Origin: Vicugna vicugna
Lineage: Eukaryota
Assembly (NCBI GenBank): GCA_013265495.1
Contig: MU058636.1
Span: 4,313,741 to 4,377,740, forward strand
Direction of reading: 5' to 3'
DNA length: 64,000 nt
This document shows positions 63,830-64,000 of this stretch, piece by piece; position 1 is the stretch's first letter, and each line of letters begins with the position of its first letter. A program made the translations under genes and the position numbers. The notes beneath the pieces are model-generated. The model ran no database searches. It was given only the letters and a program-made list of their open reading frames with translations, and was not told where the DNA came from.

Positions 63830-64000
63830 TTCCTCTTGGTCGTCTGTTTCTGGGCGGGCCAAGGAGAAACTGCAGAGCCCAGGAGCGGAGTCTCCGCGCG
63901 CGGTACCCGCAGGAAGCCTCGCCCAGCGAGGGACCCCACCCTCCGCGGCGCCCCTGGAGGGAGCCGGCCACGGCGCGCGCCACCAGCGCGGGAGGGGCGC
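63830..64000. promoter_or_regulatory. Edge of a CpG island, probable promoter, truncated by window end
   Basis: Abrupt rise in GC and CpG density (ccgcgcgcgg, cggcgcgcgcc), GC box gggcggg near 63851, against a CpG-depleted window. Confidence 0.8.

Noticed and set aside
63751..63983. Short Arg/Gly/Ala-rich ORFs at the window end
   Set aside because: Expected by-product of GC-rich CpG island sequence

Overview
Mammalian genomic DNA, very probably a camelid (inferred from two camelid-type Vic-1-like tRNA-derived SINEs). The + strand carries exons 2-18 of RXFP2 (LGR8, the INSL3 receptor) from 3287 to the stop at 38441; exon 1 lies upstream of the window. All 17 exons have canonical splice sites and join into one open frame of 2171 nt: LDLa module, GDxxGW linker, LRR cap, ten 72-nt LRR exons, 7TM domain and C-tail. 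Downstream is ~25 kb of repeat-rich intergenic DNA (L1, L2, L3/CR1, MIR, MER/Tigger DNA transposons, LTRs) and the edge of a CpG island at the window end. The other ORFs in the track look spurious. I found no convincing new biological system. The best leads are an Asp->Asn change creating a glycosylation sequon in LRR8, tandem GTAT donors at exon 14, a candidate in-frame cassette exon, a PBX-HOX/MEIS motif cluster downstream of the gene, a diverged ~170-bp local duplication inserted into an LTR, and a possible unannotated MITE. Human comparisons and repeat family names are from memory, not from searches; repeat boundaries are approximate unless a TSD or TIR is given.
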